Below, in pieces: positions 57,500-60,143 of a DNA stretch of 60,143 nt. The stretch is taken from the NCBI GenBank assembly GCA_051942205.1, contig JAVECO010000056.1, positions 62,001-122,143 on the forward strand, in the 5' to 3' direction. Under the pieces are notes generated by a model. The model searched no databases. It saw only the letters and a list, made by a program, of their open reading frames with translations, and was not told the origin of the DNA. Position 1 is the first letter of the stretch. Each line of letters starts with the position of its first letter. This stretch comes from Coniocarpon cinnabarinum. Lineage: Eukaryota. A program made the position numbers and the translations under genes.

Positions 57500-60143
57500 C
57501 GAGAAGTTCTCCGGAAAACAGGAGAGCTGGAACAATTCAGGTAGCCGGATCCAACCAGCCACACTGACTCAGTTGCGATGTAGTATATTGGTGAGCGGAA
57601 GATATCTCAGCCGTTCACAGCTCCGTGAAAAGGCCTCAAAAACTGTAGATATCGTCTCAAGATGGCGATGTCTAATCATCAGAACCACTTGGCAGCCCCT
57701 TGTACTGCAGCCACGGACCCCATACGAAGGGGAATATGAAAAGTTTCCTCGGGGGGACTTTCAGGACCCAAGCTCATGCAGCTTTGCAATAATCTGCTAG
57801 CGAGGATACAGTGAAGGTGAGACTGGATCATCCTGACGAGGATGGCCGATGCGGCGGAGCTAGGCAGTGCACGTACGGGAACATTTGATTTCTTGCACGT
57901 GACTCTGGTTAAGCTGCGGCCAGGTGACATAATTGTGGCACGCATTTGTCAGCGCTCCTGGCCCTACGCAACTGGAGACATTCTGTGTGGCTTAATTGTG
58001 CATGTGAGCATGAACGCAGCTGGATGGGGAATTACATTGTCGCTCGGTGCGCCACTAACATGAATGACTTGGATCACTGTGTGAGCTCGTAGTATCTACT
58101 CCGCATGTCGATGACTAGTTGCCACAACTCGTGCTGTGATCCAGTAAGGAATACTTGACATTCTGCCTGTTAAATGCGATAGCTGTTCGAAAAATTCCGT
58201 GTAACAGCCGTGCTGGGATCTGCTTCATGTTCAGTTGCAGTTTGAACCGGAAATACTCAATCAGCTTTTGAATCAGCTGTGCCAAACCCCTTATGCAGCC
58301 AGGATTAGTGCACTGGCTATAGCGGACTGCGTGGTAGCGAAAATCTACGGACCCGTTATGCAGAGCTATGCACTGGCAGTGAGCGGTATGAGGGACAGCA
58401 AACGCTCAGAATGGAGATCTCTCCACATATGACAGGTCGAGACTGGCTGTGACTTGTCAACCTCTGATACAACACAATGGAAATCAGGAATGGAATGGAA
58501 GCCCTGCGCTAGTAGCTGAGCACGGGTGCGAGATGCAGCGAGTTTGAGCATCTTGGTCACCACTTCGTTTCGTCCGTCCGAGTTGAAACTGATATGACTC
58601 TAAACACACAACGTCTGCACTTGAATATTCTTTTTGATTATCCCTTTTGTGCCTGTAAAGACAGCATGGCGCTTCTATGGTGTTTTTCTTAGCAAAAGTA
58701 ACAAGCCACTCATGTCGCAATCAGTACGAAAATGTTCAAGTCGGTCCATGAAAGCTACGCTCCGGATGTTTCGAGCGGCTGGCTTGCACGACATAGCATT
58801 TCATTCAGGAATGTAACCGTTGTCGAAGCATCAGCGTCAGAAGGTTGATTTGATGTGAACGGGTAAACAATGCTACGGTGAAGAAACACACTGCGCCATT
58901 CAAATGGACGTTTTGGTTCAAGACAGATTGCTTATCGAGTGGCTAGGCCTTGCGCTGACCGCTACAACACCCACGGGCTGCAATGCCGCCGAGAAGGGGA
59001 AGAGGAAGTTTCCGAGACGTTTGTATATGGGTTGATGCACGAATATCGCATAATGTATCAAACATGCACGCATGCTCTGCATGTTGTGCGCGCTTCGCGC
59101 AGAATGAATGTGGGGTTGCGCTTCTTACCAAGTAGTTTGTCTACGATGCCCGTAACCGAGGGATTCGCAACGAATGCTCGTTGACGTCAAGCGAGCCAGA
59201 GGTTGAGTTGAGAGGATGCTACCGTTCCTACGTTGCCTGATCTGCCGATGAAACAGTGATGCGGTGAAGCAGGCAGGGGTCAGAAGCGAAGCGATGTGAT
59301 AGCGGCGCGCGAGGTCGGAGAATTTGGCAAGATGCGCGATGCGGATCGAGCGAGAACAAAGTTCAGCCCAGCACGTGCCGCTAATTTTACATCCCAGCCT
59401 GCGCTGCTGCGCCCCTTGCGCACATGACCCTAACGGAGCCCTTAACGCCTCTCGGTCTCGTGTGCGAGGGAATGCATTTCCGCGGGCGAATGCCGGCTCA
59501 GATGGAGCAATTCAGGAACAGCGCAGTGCCAAGGACGGTGGAATGGCCACGGAGGCAAGCAGCGGTCTGGGAAGACGCGTCGATGAACAGCCAAAGGGGT
59601 CTTGGCGGGGCGCCTGCGATCGTGGTACATACGCGACAGCCAAAGTGACGTTTAATCTCTCACCGGTGGCGCGGCACGATGAGATGAGGAGCGATGAGGG
59701 AGCGTGAGAGCGTGGGGGTTGCGAGCCCGGCGCGGTGGATATCTGCCAGTCGGCGAGCGGCAGACGCTGTGGCTCCACGTGACAGCCGCCAGGCGCTGGA
59801 CTTGGTGCGGCAAAAGCGGTGGGCCTCAAAAGGCTGCGTCGCATTAAAAGCTTGGCACGACACTAAGGCCGGCTATTGGGCGTTTTTCTCTTGCTGCTTA
59901 GCGACAGTGTGTCGATGGCGCGTGTTGGGAGCAGCAAGAGCAGCCATTCGCCAGCCGGAAAGCGCACGGCCCCGCTCAGCGTCGACATGTGGGTGGGCAG
60001 GAAATGAGCAGCTGTCGGTGGAAAAAGCTGTGTGCAAGGCAGGGATCGATGGATTTGGCACGACAGCCAACAGATTGAAGCATTATTAACGGAGGCAAGG
60101 TAATCTAGAGGCGTCCAGGACCGGGCCCGGGCAGTAAAGAAGG

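Noticed and set aside
57600..60143. Short ORFs at the right end
   Set aside because: No motifs or splice support; probably intergenic, promoter or UTR sequence of a gene outside the window.
1..60143. tRNA or rRNA genes
   Set aside because: No cloverleaf with A/B boxes or rRNA-like sequence recognised by eye; tRNAscan-SE and Infernal would be needed to exclude them.

Overview
This is eukaryotic DNA from a filamentous ascomycete, probably a Dothideomycete (inferred from short GT-AG introns with CTRAY branch sites and from gene style). All family calls come from motif recognition by eye; no database searches were run. Left core block (1-10.8 kb): GPN3 (partial), SAM synthetase, a Q/P-rich possible SS18/Snf11-like protein, a 6-exon ABC-class (PF09818/MRB1590-like) ATPase with an RGG-type N-terminus, two divergent two-exon orphan genes and a BRCT protein. 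Island (about 11-28 kb): no intact recognisable gene. It holds a frameshifted 5' fragment of the NDR kinase gene cot-1/cbk1, a ~166-bp tandem duplication, a decayed minus-strand gene whose motif order resembles DUF3723 (a Starship auxiliary gene), and a 254-bp hAT-type MITE with TIRs and a TSD. Right block (28-60 kb): BFR1, a 2-TM microprotein, listerin (RKR1/LTN1), RAD3/XPD, a PPxY 2-TM microprotein hidden from the ORF track by splicing, a CYP52-clan P450, a HeLo-like/NB-ARC/TPR NLR followed by two small Clr5-like genes, MAD1, and a divergent pectin methylesterase/exopolygalacturonase pair. The best candidates for novelty are the NLR + Clr5-like micro-cluster, the possible derelict Starship island and the RGG-tagged ATPase.
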